The notes: generated by a model not told the origin, from the sequence alone. Counted from the stretch's first letter, positions 18,837 through 29,403 are shown. The stretch: 64,000 nt of DNA from an uncultured Verrucomicrobiae bacterium (GCA_963707025.1 CAVPOM010000018.1:288001-352000); one strand, 5' to 3'. Numbers and translations: made by a program.

Positions 18837-21800
18837 CTATGGCGACACGACCACGTAGAAGCGCTGGGCATCGGCCAGATTGATGGCGCCATTGAAGGTG
18901 AAATTTCCGCCGCCATCAAAAGAGCCGCTCCCCGCTGTGGTCCAGCTTGCGAACGGCAAGGTCGCATCGGTGGCGGAGAGGACACGATAGGTGGCGGTGG
19001 GCGACCCGCCGGTGCCGCTGATGGTCAAGGCGGTGCCGGAAACGGCAATCGCGCCAATGCTGACCGGAATCGGCGCCATGACCGAGAGAGTGCCGTTGAC
19101 CGCCAGGTTGTTGGTGTTCCAAATCAAGTTCGGCCCGGGGATCGCCGGCACAATGCTGGTGAACGAGCCTGCGTAGGCCGCGGCGCTGAAGAGCTTGAAG
19201 CTGTCGCCGGCCTGGAGGGCGCTGCCGCTGTTCGGCACGGACAAGGCGCCGGCGAAGGTGAGTGTTCCAACGGTCAAGAGCACCGAGTTGGATGGCGCCG
19301 CGCCGCGGTTGATGGACATGGCGGTGGTGCTGCCCGCAAGGTCCGTCACGCTGCCCAGGACGCTGAGCGAGGCCACCGTGCCGGAACCGCCCGGGGAGAG
19401 GGTTCCGCTGTTGGTGACGCTGCCGCTGATGGCGCCAGTGCCGAAATTGGTCCCCGTGGAGGTGATGGCGACATTGCCGCCAATCGTTCCCACGCCGGTT
19501 TCGGTCCCGTTGTTGGTGACACTGCCGCCGATGGCCCCAGTGACATTAAGTGTCGCCCCCGCCGCCACGGTCACGGTGCTGGCCGCCGCCAACGAGCCGC
19601 TGACGGTGAGCGTGCCATTGCCGACTGTGGTGGGGCCGGTGTAAGTGCAGGCTTTGGCCAGCGTCAGAATGGCGGCGCCCAGCTTGGTCAAGCCGCCGTC
19701 CGGCGTGGCGCCCAAGGTGCTGTCGTGTTGGAGGGGTTCAAGAACGCTGATGGCAAAACCGCCGTCATCCAGGATGGCGCCGCCGCTCTTGACGATGGTC
19801 GTGATCGGAATGATGGGAGCGACGGTGCTTCCCTGGTAGAAGGTCGTTGAGTTCGTGCTGGCCTTAAGCGTGCCGCCATCGAAATTAAACACGGCGGTGG
19901 AACCAGTGGAAGACGACGTTGAGTTTGCGGTAGCGGTGCCGACTCTGGCGACCGTCAATATCCCGCCATTGAGGTTGACCGTGCCTGGAATGCTGCTGTT
20001 GATGCTGCGCGATACATCCAGCGTGCCGCAGTTGACAGCCCCGGAACCACTGACCGTCAGAACGCCCGGTCCACGGCTGGCGACGTAGAACGTGCTGGTG
20101 GGGTCGGCCGCAGAGCCGATATTCATCGTCCCGCCGCTGTTGGTGACAAAGGAAGCGCCGCCCGTGCCGTTGGCCCCTTGAAACTGGCTGCCGATGTTGA
20201 GTGTCCCGCCCGTTTGGTTGATCATGCCGGTCGAACCACTCGCAATGCCGGTGTTGAAGCGAGCCAACGTGGTCAAGGTTCCGTTGACCATGTTGAACGT
20301 GGCGGTGGCATTGGCCAGATCGCCAACCTGGTTGTCCTGGCCGTTGATCCCGGCATTGGCCGGGGTGCTGGTGAAATTGGGGGCGCTGCTGGCTGAACCA
20401 AAGTTGAAGGTGCCGGCCAGGATTTCAAAGCCCCACGGCAGGGTAATGGGAGTTGACGCCGGATTATCCATCAAAGTCCAGTTGGCGCTGCTGTTGGTCA
20501 TCTCGAGGGAGTTGGTCCCAGTGCCGCCCCCAGCGGGACAGGTGAGGTTGTTGGATAGAACGCCGTAGCCGTTGAAGAAATTGGACGTGGCATTGGCCAG
20601 CTCATTGAGTCCTCCGCCAATGATCAACGGTGCGGCGGCGGAACTGCCGCCATCGAAGGCAAAGCTGCTGCTGAAATCAATGCCCAGATTAATCGTCTGG
20701 GGATTGGATGAGTCGTTTATGAGGATGCCGTTGCCCATCTGAATATTATTGCCGTTGAGGACGAATGGCCCGGCCCCGGCCACGAAAAGAATGTTGCCGT
20801 ACTGGCTGTCCGCCGGGGTGTCGTTGGTGTTGTCGAGCCGTGTATTGCCTGCAAAGTACAAGGGACTGCCGGGCGCGATGGTGATCCCGCCCCAATTGGC
20901 GCCATCGCTCCAGTCGCTGCCGGTCACACTGCCTCCATTCCACAGCGGCGGCCCGCTCCCAGGATTGGCCGTGATGTTGACCTGTCCCGCAGTGCTGGTG
21001 TCCAGGGTGAAGGCGTAGCCGGTGGAAGTGGTCGGTACCGCAGGCGCGGTATTTAAGGTCAATGTGCCCGAATAATTGAAGAGGCGGTAAGGAACACCCA
21101 ACTGCAAAAGCCCCCCCAGCGCGTTGATGGAGAGGGTGCCGCCATTGAAGGTCAAATCGCCATTGACGACCACCAAATCGTTGACGCCGCCACCGACGGT
21201 GTTGACCGCCGCGAGGTCAAAATCCACCGTGCCCGAGCTTTCCAGCGTCAGACCGCCGCCCGCCGTAATGGTGCCCGCGGTGTTGGCGCCTCCCGGAGTC
21301 AGCGTCCCGCTTAAATCCACCAATCCCAAGGCCGGGCCGACGCCGGAAAGAGTGCTGCCCGAAGAGGTGGTGACCGCGCCGCCCAGGGTGTTGTTCAGGT
21401 TCAAAGTCCCGGCCGTAAGCGTGCTGGCGCCGGTGGCGGCGGTATGGTCGCCATTGAGATTAAGAGTGCCGGCGTTGACCTGAAGACCACCGGTAAAGGT
21501 GTTGACGCCGTTGAGATTAAGCGTGCCGGTGCCGGTGTATTTGGAGAGGATGCCCTGGCCGCTGATCACTCCGTTCAGATTGAGCGTGGTGGTGCCGTCC
21601 ACCTGGATTTGGCCGTAGGAATTCAAGCCGTTCAAGGTGATGGGGCCGGTGACGTTATTCGAGCCGCTGTTGTTGCGCAGCGTGCTCAGGTCCTGGAGAA
21701 TGATGTTCTTGTTCAGGGCGTTGCTGGTGTTGTAAAGGAAAAGAACGGCGCCGTCCTCGACGGTGAGATTGGCGGCGGGGTTGCCCAGTCCGGTGGTGCC

Positions 21801-24311
21801 TCCCTCATAGTCCAGTGTGCCGCCCTGGATATCAATGTTGGCCAATTGGGGATCCACCCAGGCGCTGACGATGCCGAGGAATCCAGTTCCCAGGAGGGTC
21901 AGGTTGTAGCCCTGGCCGCTGGTGCTCAAAGCCGCTGTGCTCGTGGCGGGCGAGGCGCCGACCACGCCGGCATCGCCGCCAGGGGAGCGGAGATCCCAAC
22001 GCCCTGCGGTGGGACCGCCGGAAGTGCTGAAAGTGGTGTCGCCGGTCAGAGTGACAAATTCCAGCCCCAAATCATTGGGCACGGTCGCGCCGCTGTTGTC
22101 AATGGCGCCTTGAACGCCAACCCCGGCGCCCTGGGCGAAGACCGGTATGGCCCCGAGGCTTTGGCCGCTCAAATCGAGGATCGCTCCGTTGTTAATGGTA
22201 ATTCGGTTGGTGCCCAACGCGGTCGCGCTCCCCGCCTGGAGAATGCCGTTCGAGACGGTGACGCTGCCGGAGAAAGTATTGGCCCCGCTCAAGTTGAGCG
22301 TTCCGCCGCCGCTTTGGACAAGGGAGCCCGAGCCGGAAATGAGGTTGGGAAAACTGCTGATGCCACCGTCGAAGATGAGGGTGCCGTTGTTGACCACCGG
22401 GCCGGTCCCCAAGTTGCCCGACCCGTCGTTGTTGCCGACCTGCACGGAGCCTGCGCTAATGAGCGTGCCGCCGCTGAAGGTATTTGGCGTGAATTCATCC
22501 ATGATGAGAAGGCCCGAGCCTTGCTTGACCAGTTGCAGATGCAGTGAGGGCGTGGGATCGGCCAGAGGGCCGATGCCGCTCAAGGTGTAAGTGACCGCAT
22601 GGTTGCTCACCGTCAGCGTGGAAGGAGTGAGCTGCGTGGTCAATTGCACCAGGCCGGGCGTCGGGCTGCCGGGCGCGGTCGTGTCATCAAACTGCACGTA
22701 GTCCAATTGATTATAGTATGTCGGGGCGCCTTGCGCGTTGGTCCAGTTCAGGCTCGTGGCCACATCCCAGGCCTCCGTGCCATTGTGCGCGGTGTCGGTT
22801 CCAGCCCACCAGAGCGATCGCGCCGGGACGGGACCGCTGGTCAGCACCAGATCAATCAGGTTGGCGGTGTTGGTTTCGAGATGCCCGACATAGGGCACGC
22901 CGGCCAGGGACGGCAACGGGGTGGTGAGCACGAAATTAGTCAGGCTGAGGGTGTTGCTGTAATTGATGAGGTGGAGGGTGACCGGATAGCCTGCCACCGT
23001 CGGCAATTGAGTGATAGTGATGGTGTTGGCCGAGCCGCCCAGGCTCAAGGCCCCAACCACCACATTGGTTGAGGAGTCGCTCGGAACCTTCAGCAGCAGC
23101 GTCGTATTGGTCATCGTCAGCGTGTTGGGATTGGCCAACGGGCCGGTCAGTCCCGACAAATCAAGGGTCGTATTGGTGTACAAGGTGATCGCGGAAGTGC
23201 TGGGAAGATTGGCGGAACCGGCCAAGACCAATGTTCCTCCCTCAACCACCGTGGCGCCGGTATAAGTGCTCAAGTTGGAGATCACCAAAGCGCCGGGGCC
23301 GGTCACGGTCAGGCCGAAGGCGGTGTTGCTGATGCCAGCGAGGGTCAGGGTGCCGGCCAGATTGGTGATGATGGTATTGGCGGTCAGGATCACGGCGTTC
23401 GTGCCCAGATTCAGGCTGCTGCTGCCTGGGAAGGTGAAGTTTCCGCCCAGTTTGTAGGTACCTTGGCCAAGGGCAAGCGTGCCCGCTAAGCCACTGGTGT
23501 TGTCAATCGTCCCCCCATTGATCGCGAAGCTGGCCGCAGGTCCGGCGAATCCTTGGAAGGCGTCGGCCAACGCAGTCGCCGACCCAAATTGAAGCGTGCC
23601 GGCCGTCAGCGTGAGGGAACCATTGGCACTCCCGTTGGCAGCGCCAAAATTGCTGGTTTTAGTTTGGTTCAGTTGCACCGTCCCGCCGGGCATATTCATG
23701 ATGTTGGGAGTAGTCGCGTTTCCGTTGGCCAGAAAAGCGTCCTGGAAGTTAATTATGCCATTGCCGGCAAAGGTGACGGGGGTCTTGTTAAAATTGAAAC
23801 CATTATTATTTGCCGTGGTGGTCAGGGTCAACGTGGCGCCCGAATTGACCGTCCATGTTGCAGCAGCTCCCGCCCGCACATTGACCGTGCCGCTAAAAAT
23901 GACATTGATATTGGCGCTGCTGCCGGGGCTGTTGATGAGAACGCCATTCACATTCTGGCCCAGATCCAAATTAATCGTGACGGTTTGATTATTAAAGGCC
24001 GTGTCCGTTCCATTGTTGCCGATGGTCAGTTGGTCGCTGGCGGTCCAAATTGCCAAGGGGGTTCCGGTGTCCGACGTGGTGTTCCAGAAGATGCCGTTCA
24101 TGTCGCCGGCGACGTTGCCTGCGGCGAAATAAAGCGCCGGACCGTTGGCGGCAAAGGCAGCCGGGGCCAGGCACCCAAGCGCCAGCATCGTTCCGGCCCA
24201 GCCGCCAAAGAACCACCCTGGGCGGCGCCGCGGCGTCAGGAACATCGGGCGGGGAGATGTTTTGCAGCAATTCTTCATGGGTTCCGACTGATTTTGGGTT
24301 GTTGCTTTCAT
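18837..24311 (-). CDS. Large secreted autotransporter-associated beta-strand repeat protein (no beta-barrel)
   Basis: Many LxKxGxGTLxLxGxNTY/FxG repeats and a signal peptide. The C-terminal domain ends QRFYVVVSP. Start may be 24278 or 24245. Confidence 0.85.
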   Translation of the reverse strand: MKATTQNQSEPMKNCCKTSPRPMFLTPRRRPGWFFGGWAGTMLALGCLAPAAFAANGPALYFAAGNVAGDMNGIFWNTTSDTGTPLAIWTASDQLTIGNNGTDTAFNNQTVTINLDLGQNVNGVLINSPGSSANINVIFSGTVNVRAGAAATWTVNSGATLTLTTTANNNGFNFNKTPVTFAGNGIINFQDAFLANGNATTPNIMNMPGGTVQLNQTKTSNFGAANGSANGSLTLTAGTLQFGSATALADAFQGFAGPAASFAINGGTIDNTSGLAGTLALGQGTYKLGGNFTFPGSSSLNLGTNAVILTANTIITNLAGTLTLAGISNTAFGLTVTGPGALVISNLSTYTGATVVEGGTLVLAGSANLPSTSAITLYTNTTLDLSGLTGPLANPNTLTMTNTTLLLKVPSDSSTNVVVGALSLGGSANTITITQLPTVAGYPVTLHLINYSNTLSLTNFVLTTPLPSLAGVPYVGHLETNTANLIDLVLTSGPVPARSLWWAGTDTAHNGTEAWDVATSLNWTNAQGAPTYYNQLDYVQFDDTTAPGSPTPGLVQLTTQLTPSTLTVSNHAVTYTLSGIGPLADPTPSLHLQLVKQGSGLLIMDEFTPNTFSGGTLISAGSVQVGNNDGSGNLGTGPVVNNGTLIFDGGISSFPNLISGSGSLVQSGGGTLNLSGANTFSGSVTVSNGILQAGSATALGTNRITINNGAILDLSGQSLGAIPVFAQGAGVGVQGAIDNSGATVPNDLGLEFVTLTGDTTFSTSGGPTAGRWDLRSPGGDAGVVGASPATSTAALSTSGQGYNLTLLGTGFLGIVSAWVDPQLANIDIQGGTLDYEGGTTGLGNPAANLTVEDGAVLFLYNTSNALNKNIILQDLSTLRNNSGSNNVTGPITLNGLNSYGQIQVDGTTTLNLNGVISGQGILSKYTGTGTLNLNGVNTFTGGLQVNAGTLNLNGDHTAATGASTLTAGTLNLNNTLGGAVTTSSGSTLSGVGPALGLVDLSGTLTPGGANTAGTITAGGGLTLESSGTVDFDLAAVNTVGGGVNDLVVVNGDLTFNGGTLSINALGGLLQLGVPYRLFNYSGTLTLNTAPAVPTTSTGYAFTLDTSTAGQVNITANPGSGPPLWNGGSVTGSDWSDGANWGGITIAPGSPLYFAGNTRLDNTNDTPADSQYGNILFVAGAGPFVLNGNNIQMGNGILINDSSNPQTINLGIDFSSSFAFDGGSSAAAPLIIGGGLNELANATSNFFNGYGVLSNNLTCPAGGGTGTNSLEMTNSSANWTLMDNPASTPITLPWGFEILAGTFNFGSASSAPNFTSTPANAGINGQDNQVGDLANATATFNMVNGTLTTLARFNTGIASGSTGMINQTGGTLNIGSQFQGANGTGGASFVTNSGGTMNIGSAADPTSTFYVASRGPGVLTVSGSGAVNCGTLDVSRSINSSIPGTVNLNGGILTVARVGTATANSTSSSTGSTAVFNFDGGTLKASTNSTTFYQGSTVAPIIPITTIVKSGGAILDDGGFAISVLEPLQHDSTLGATPDGGLTKLGAAILTLAKACTYTGPTTVGNGTLTVSGSLAAASTVTVAAGATLNVTGAIGGSVTNNGTETGVGTIGGNVAITSTGTNFGTGAISGSVTNSGTLSPGGSGTVASLSVLGSVTDLAGSTTAMSINRGAAPSNSVLLTVGTLTFAGALSVPNSGSALQAGDSFKLFSAAAYAGSFTSIVPAIPGPNLIWNTNNLAVNGTLSVMAPIPVSIGAIAVSGTALTISGTGGSPTATYRVLSATDATLPFASWTTAGSGSFDGGGNFTFNGAINLADAQRFYVVVSP

Positions 24312-24742
24312 AGTTTTCTCACGTTCATTCCGACCCCAAACTCGAAAATAATACGGTGTCCAGTTCGCTTCGGGATTAGTTGTGCCTGAATCATGCCATA
24401 ATCCCGCCTGGGGTTGTATTGAACGTTTGTTCTATGAACTGCGCCCGGCCGGAGGAGGGGATCGGACGCGCGGCTATTTGCCGGTAATGCGCCAGAACCT
24501 GTGAAAAAATTAAAAAAAGTTAAAATCTGTTGTCTTAAGACGTTGATTGACAAGGCCGGTTTTTTGCATCTTGGCGGCCTTTTGAATTTTTTCACAAATT
24601 CTCAGTGACGGCGGGGCTGGGGAGGTGGGGTCGCCTCGCCGAGGCGACCGCTCCGGCGAGAATCTCCAGCGGACAGCTCGGCGAGCCGCTCCTGCCCCCC
24701 CATGACGGACGCATTACGGAAAAATGGCGTGGCCAATGGCGT

Positions 24743-24877
24743 GCGGTTTCTCAGCCCGCTTGCCTCCCACGGGCTACATGGCGTGAGGTTGTCTCCGAGG
24801 CGATTAGATTCATCCATAACTGAATGATATACAGGCTATTACGCATTTTATTGGGCAAAACTATGGTCTGACCCCTT
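24743..24877. repeat. Left arm of 135-bp imperfect inverted repeat
   Basis: Reverse complement aligns without gaps to 27965-28099. The inner 62 bp have 4 mismatches. Confidence 0.9.
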
Positions 24878-24913
24878 CGACCCCTTTGACAATTCTTCAG
24901 CACTGTTGGCGCG

Positions 24914-25558
24914 TCACTTTGCCAGCACCACGTGCATGGCGGCGGTGCTCATCACATGCTCTTTGCAGCGGTAGCCGAGCTTCAAAAGGTCAATGCCATC
25001 CAGAAGACGTTCGCCGCTGCCAAGCACCGTGGGCGACGCGACCAGATGCATTTCATCAATCAATCCTGCTTGCAGGTATTGCCTCACGGTAGCGGGGCCG
25101 CCGCCGATTCGAATGTCCAGCTCACCGGCGGCTTCCTTGGCCCGCTGCAAGGCCGCGTCAATGCCGTCGCTGACAAAATGAAACGTGGTGCCGCCTGCCA
25201 TCTCCAGCGGCGGACGCGGATGATGCGTGAGCACGAACACCTGCGTGTGATACGGTGGATTGTCGCCCCACCAGCCTTTCCATGAGTCATCGGGCCATGG
25301 GCCGCGCACGGGGCCGAACATATTGCGGCCCATGATCCATGCGCCGATGCGCTGGAACGAGCGTTCCGCAAAGTCGTTGTCAATGCCCGTGGTCCCATCC
25401 TTGCCTCCGCCGTGCATTGTCTGAAACACACGGGTGGGAAAGACCCACTGCATCAGGTCCGTCCCCTTGACGCCGAGGGGATGGTCAATGTCCTGATTGG
25501 AACCGGCACTGAAGCCGTCAAGGGAGATGCCGAAACAGTGAACGCGAATTTTTGACAT
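24914..25558 (-). CDS. Dihydrofolate reductase family (RibD C-terminal) protein
   Basis: ISLDGF, IMGRNMF, WKGWWGDNPPYH, IGGGPATVRQYL and IDEMHL. Confidence 0.9.
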   Translation of the reverse strand: MSKIRVHCFGISLDGFSAGSNQDIDHPLGVKGTDLMQWVFPTRVFQTMHGGGKDGTTGIDNDFAERSFQRIGAWIMGRNMFGPVRGPWPDDSWKGWWGDNPPYHTQVFVLTHHPRPPLEMAGGTTFHFVSDGIDAALQRAKEAAGELDIRIGGGPATVRQYLQAGLIDEMHLVASPTVLGSGERLLDGIDLLKLGYRCKEHVMSTAAMHVVLAK

Positions 25559-25571
25559 GGCTGCCTGGTGG

Positions 25572-25976
25572 TTACTGGGTTGTTTCTCGGTTGCCGCCGC
25601 GCCGCTTTTCGCTTTCGCGCATCATTTCAGACATATCGAGCGCGGGACGTATCTCGAACGGCCCGGCCTTCACCCCGGGATGTTTGGACATCAACTGAAT
25701 GGCGTGGTTCAAATCGCGCGCTTCCAGGATGAGGATGCCGCCGAGCTGTTCCTTTGTTTCGGCGTAAGGGCCGTCGGTAATGCAGACCTTGCCATTTTTC
25801 CAGCGCAGGGTCGTCGCCGTTTGCGGCGGCTGCAACCCTTCACCGGCGGCGAAATGTCCCTTCGTCCGCAACTCCTCGTCGTAGGTCCAGCACTCGTCCA
25901 CCATCGCGTTGCGCTCGCTTTCGGACATGGATTCAAATTTGTTCGCCTCAATGTAGCCAAGGCAGATGTATTTCAT
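25572..25976 (-). CDS. YciI/DGPF family protein
   Basis: [14 protein letters not shown] and FEIRP. Confidence 0.9.
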   Translation of the reverse strand: MKYICLGYIEANKFESMSESERNAMVDECWTYDEELRTKGHFAAGEGLQPPQTATTLRWKNGKVCITDGPYAETKEQLGGILILEARDLNHAIQLMSKHPGVKAGPFEIRPALDMSEMMRESEKRRGGNRETTQ

Positions 25977-26008
25977 AAAAAAATTGGGTGTTGCGAGCTT
26001 CAGCTTCG

Positions 26009-26371
26009 TTATTTGAAATCCTCCATCTCGTAGAGCGGGCGGATCTCGATGTCCGAAATTTCGCCGGGCATCGGATTCGGGCAACGCTTGACCCACTCAA
26101 TCGCCTCCGCTAGCGACTGGCATTTCCAAAGCCAGAAACCGGCGACGAGTTCCTTCGTTTCGGTGAAAGGCCCATCGGTCACGGTTCTTTTCGTTCCGGA
26201 AAAAGTGACCCGCGCTCCCTTCGAGCTGGGCTTCAATCCGTCACCGGCCTGCATGATGCCGGCCTTGATCAGTTCCTCGTTATATTTGCCCATCGCGGCG
26301 AGCAGCTCCGGCGTCGGCAACACGCCAGCTTCCGAATTCTTCGTTGCTTTGACCATTACTATGAATCTCAT
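26009..26371 (-). CDS. YciI/DGPF family protein
   Basis: [16 protein letters not shown] and IEIRP. Confidence 0.92.
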   Translation of the reverse strand: MRFIVMVKATKNSEAGVLPTPELLAAMGKYNEELIKAGIMQAGDGLKPSSKGARVTFSGTKRTVTDGPFTETKELVAGFWLWKCQSLAEAIEWVKRCPNPMPGEISDIEIRPLYEMEDFK

Positions 26372-26417
26372 TTCTTGTTCTCCTGTTGATTGGTTAAATT
26401 GACTGTTCCACAAGCTG

Positions 26418-26444
26418 GTCGTTTGGCGTCCGCGCAATTCGACA
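26418..26444 (-). promoter_or_regulatory. ECF42-type target promoter (TGTCGA-N17-CGAC)
   Basis: Minus strand TGTCGA attgcgcggacgccaaa CGAC, just upstream of the DGPF genes. Matches the ECF42 -35/-10 motif. Confidence 0.65.
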
Positions 26445-26460
26445 ACGCCCCTCACTTTTT

Positions 26461-27720
26461 TTAATCAGTTCTTTCGTCCAGCTCCCGCAGCCGGTTTTCC
26501 AGGAAGCGTCGTTCCTGTTCCTGCTGTGTCAGTGACAAGGCACGTTGATAGGCCGAACGGGCTTCATCCTTCCTGCCCAAACGCCGGCACAATTCCGCCC
26601 GGGCTGAATGTGCCAGATGATAATCAGCCAGATCGCCCCTCGCGATGAGCGCTTCAATCAGCGCCAGGCCCGCTTTCGGCCCGTCGCGCATCGCCACGGC
26701 CACGGCGCGGTTCAGCTCCACGACCGGCGACGGCTCGGCCTGCGCGAGCACACTGTAAAGCGCGACGATTTGCGGCCAGTCCGTCGCGGCGGCATCGCAC
26801 GCCTCCGAATGCACGGCGGCAATCGCCGCCTGCAGCGTGTAAGGGCCGAACCGCCGCGACAACAACGCCCGCTCCACCAACTGGATGCCTTCCGCGATTT
26901 GCCCGCGATTCCACAACGAACGGTCCTGGATCTCCAAAAGAACAAGTTCGCCCGACGGCGAAGTTCTCGCCGCGCGCCGCGATTCCTGCAAGAGCATCAA
27001 CGCGAGCAAGCCCATCACCTCCGGCTCGGGCAACAATTCGAGCAGCAACCGCCCCAACCGGATGGCTTCCGCCGAAAGTTCCGCCCGCGTCAGCGACGCG
27101 CCCGATGATGCGTAGTAGCCCTCGTTGAAAACCAGATAGACCACCTGCAACGCCGTGTCCAGGCGGTCAGGCAGTTCCTCCGCTGAAGGCACCTGGTAAG
27201 GAATGCGCGCGTCGCCAATCTTCGCCTTCGCGCGCACGATGCGCTGGGCGAGCGTCGGCGCGGTGGTGAGAAAGGCGCGGGCGATTTCTTCCGTCGTCAG
27301 CCCGCAGACTTCGCGCAAGGTCAACGCCACTCGCGCTTCCGGCGCGAGCGCGGGATGACAGCAGGTGAAAATCAGGCGCAATTGGTCGTCAGCCAATCCG
27401 TCATATAATCCCTGCACTAAATCGTCCGTCGCGTTTTCAAGTTGAGCCGTGATTTTTTCCCGCGACGCATCAAACCGCGCGCGGCGGCGCAACACATCAA
27501 TCGCTTTGAACCGTCCAGTTGAAATTAGCCATGCGCGGGGATTGGCCGGAACACCATCCAGCGGCCAGCGTTCGAGTGCTGCCGCGAACGCATCATGCAC
27601 CGCATCCTCGGCCAAATCAAAATCGCCCAGCAACCGGATGAGCGTGGCCAGGATGCGCCCGGACTCCGCGCGATAAAGGCTGTCCAGAGTTTGGCGAACT
27701 TGTTCACTTGCGATATTCAA
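26461..27720 (-). CDS. ECF42-type RNA polymerase sigma factor with TPR/DUF6596 extension
   Basis: DFDLAEDAVHDAF, LRLIFTCCHPAL, YLVFNEGY and GPYTLQAAIAAVH. Adjacent to DGPF genes. Start uncertain. Confidence 0.9.
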   Translation of the reverse strand: MNIASEQVRQTLDSLYRAESGRILATLIRLLGDFDLAEDAVHDAFAAALERWPLDGVPANPRAWLISTGRFKAIDVLRRRARFDASREKITAQLENATDDLVQGLYDGLADDQLRLIFTCCHPALAPEARVALTLREVCGLTTEEIARAFLTTAPTLAQRIVRAKAKIGDARIPYQVPSAEELPDRLDTALQVVYLVFNEGYYASSGASLTRAELSAEAIRLGRLLLELLPEPEVMGLLALMLLQESRRAARTSPSGELVLLEIQDRSLWNRGQIAEGIQLVERALLSRRFGPYTLQAAIAAVHSEACDAAATDWPQIVALYSVLAQAEPSPVVELNRAVAVAMRDGPKAGLALIEALIARGDLADYHLAHSARAELCRRLGRKDEARSAYQRALSLTQQEQERRFLENRLRELDERTD

Positions 27721-27964
27721 TCGTAGTCCAAGCTGAAGGTTGAATGAATGTTTGTTCTGGCCGCAGCTTACCACACACCATAGCACGCACAATGCGAGCG
27801 TGCCGATGCAAAGTGCTTTCTGCCCTCTCCTGCGTCACGCAAATGCTGGCCAAAGAGGTTTTCAGCCTCTGGCCACAAGTCCCGGCGCGAAATCCTAATC
27901 GCACGCCCCGCCCCGCCTCGGCGAGCACTGTCAAGGTGGAGCCGCCAACACAAATCAAAGATCA

Positions 27965-28099
27965 AAGGGGTCAGACCATAGTTTTGCCCAATAAGATGCG
28001 TAATAGCCTGCAAATCATTGAGTTATAGATTGGTCTATACAAGCCCGGTATGCCCTCTCACCATGACGCCCGCGCGATGCGACCTCCCTGAGAAACCGC
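27965..28099. repeat. Right arm of 135-bp imperfect inverted repeat
   Basis: AAGGGGTCAGACCATAGTTTTGCCCAATAAGATGCG...CTGAGAAACCGC. Inverted partner of 24743-24877. Confidence 0.9.
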
Positions 28100-28389
28100 G
28101 CCCCAGTGCCCTTGCGCCACCCTTCTTGCCATTTATCATTTATCATTTTGCCTTTCCCGCCACCCCCCTCCCCTCCGCGCATTCCTTCATTCATAATTTA
28201 TCCTTTATAATTTTATAATTTCCCATTCCCCTGCCCGCGATGGTGGGCGACGGCATGGAGGTGAGGCGAGGGCTGAACTGGCGGCCGGGCAGCACGAGCG
28301 CCGCCTGGCCGTCCTCATGGAAACGGCAGCGCTGCAAGGGGTTACCGGTAGTATTGCACAAAGCATGGGCGTTTTAACACCTCCGAAGA

Positions 28390-28540
28390 TGTAACGGCAT
28401 GTAACGGGGGTGTAACGGCTCTAAAATGCGTAAGTGCTTGTGGTGCAACAGGTGTAACGATGTAACGGCTGTAACGGAGCAATGCTCCCCTTCCGCTTGA
28501 CTTCACCATCATACCCAATGTGTGTAACGATGTAACGGCT
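28390..28540 (+). repeat. TGTAACG direct-repeat (iteron-like) array
   Basis: Eight TGTAACG copies at 28390, 28400, 28411, 28453, 28461, 28470, 28523 and 28531. Confidence 0.85.
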
Positions 28541-28698
28541 GTTTCCGAGCAATGGTCGCGAGCGGACCCTGCGCTACTTCCAGCGGTTGTCCTGGCGGAA
28601 GAAATCCACTCAAAACAGCGCAGAACCCGAAAAATCTGCGTTTGCAAACTATATAATCCCGCACCGCCCCCGGGCGGAGGAAGGGAGCGGGCGGGCGG

Positions 28699-29403
28699 CT
28701 ACTTGGTGATGAATTTAACGACGGCTTGGGTGCGCGACTGGACATGGAGCTTTTCATAGACCGTATGCAAATGGGCGCGCACGGTGCTCAGGCTGATGTG
28801 AAGCTGGTCGGCGATTTCCTTGTAAAGAAAACCCTTGGCCAGCAGCGCCAGTATCTCCTGCTCCCGCCGGGTCAGCTTTTCCATCTCGGAGGACGGCTTT
28901 TTGATTTGCTGGAAATGATTGACCAGTTTGCGCGCCACCGGCATGGACATGGGGGCGCCGCCGACCTGCACCTGTTCGACCGCCTGGATCAGCTCCCTGG
29001 GCGGCATGTTTTTGAGCAGGTAACCGCTGGCCCCCTGGCGCAGCGAATCAAAAATCAAATCGCTTTCCTCGTAGGTGGTCAGCATCAACACCTGCGTTTG
29101 CGGGAACTGCCGCTTCAATTTCGCCACGCATTCGATCCCGCTCATCCCCGGCAGGTTGATGTCCATCAGCACCACGTCCGGCGCTTCGCCGGGAATGAGG
29201 CGCAGCGCCTCTTCCCCGCTGGCGTGCGCGCCCACACAGCGCAAGGCCGGGGCGCGCCCCAGCAGCTCGGCCAGGCTTTCCCGGGTGCCGCGGTTGTCTT
29301 CCACGATGGAGACTTTGATGCGGGCAGTGTTCAAGGCAAGGTCAGCCTGCTCCCGTCCCGCCCCCGGCGCAATCGAACAAACGTTGGAGGCGGCAACGGT
29401 CAA
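28699..29403 (-). CDS. NarL/LuxR-family response regulator
   Basis: IVEDN, VLMDINLPG, GYLLK receiver domain and LTRREQEIL...YKEIAD HTH. Confidence 0.95.
   Translation of the reverse strand: MTVAASNVCSIAPGAGREQADLALNTARIKVSIVEDNRGTRESLAELLGRAPALRCVGAHASGEEALRLIPGEAPDVVLMDINLPGMSGIECVAKLKRQFPQTQVLMLTTYEESDLIFDSLRQGASGYLLKNMPPRELIQAVEQVQVGGAPMSMPVARKLVNHFQQIKKPSSEMEKLTRREQEILALLAKGFLYKEIADQLHISLSTVRAHLHTVYEKLHVQSRTQAVVKFITK

Noticed and set aside
28390..28540. CRISPR array
   Set aside because: Repeats are 7 nt with 1-4 nt gaps; there are no spacers and no cas genes.
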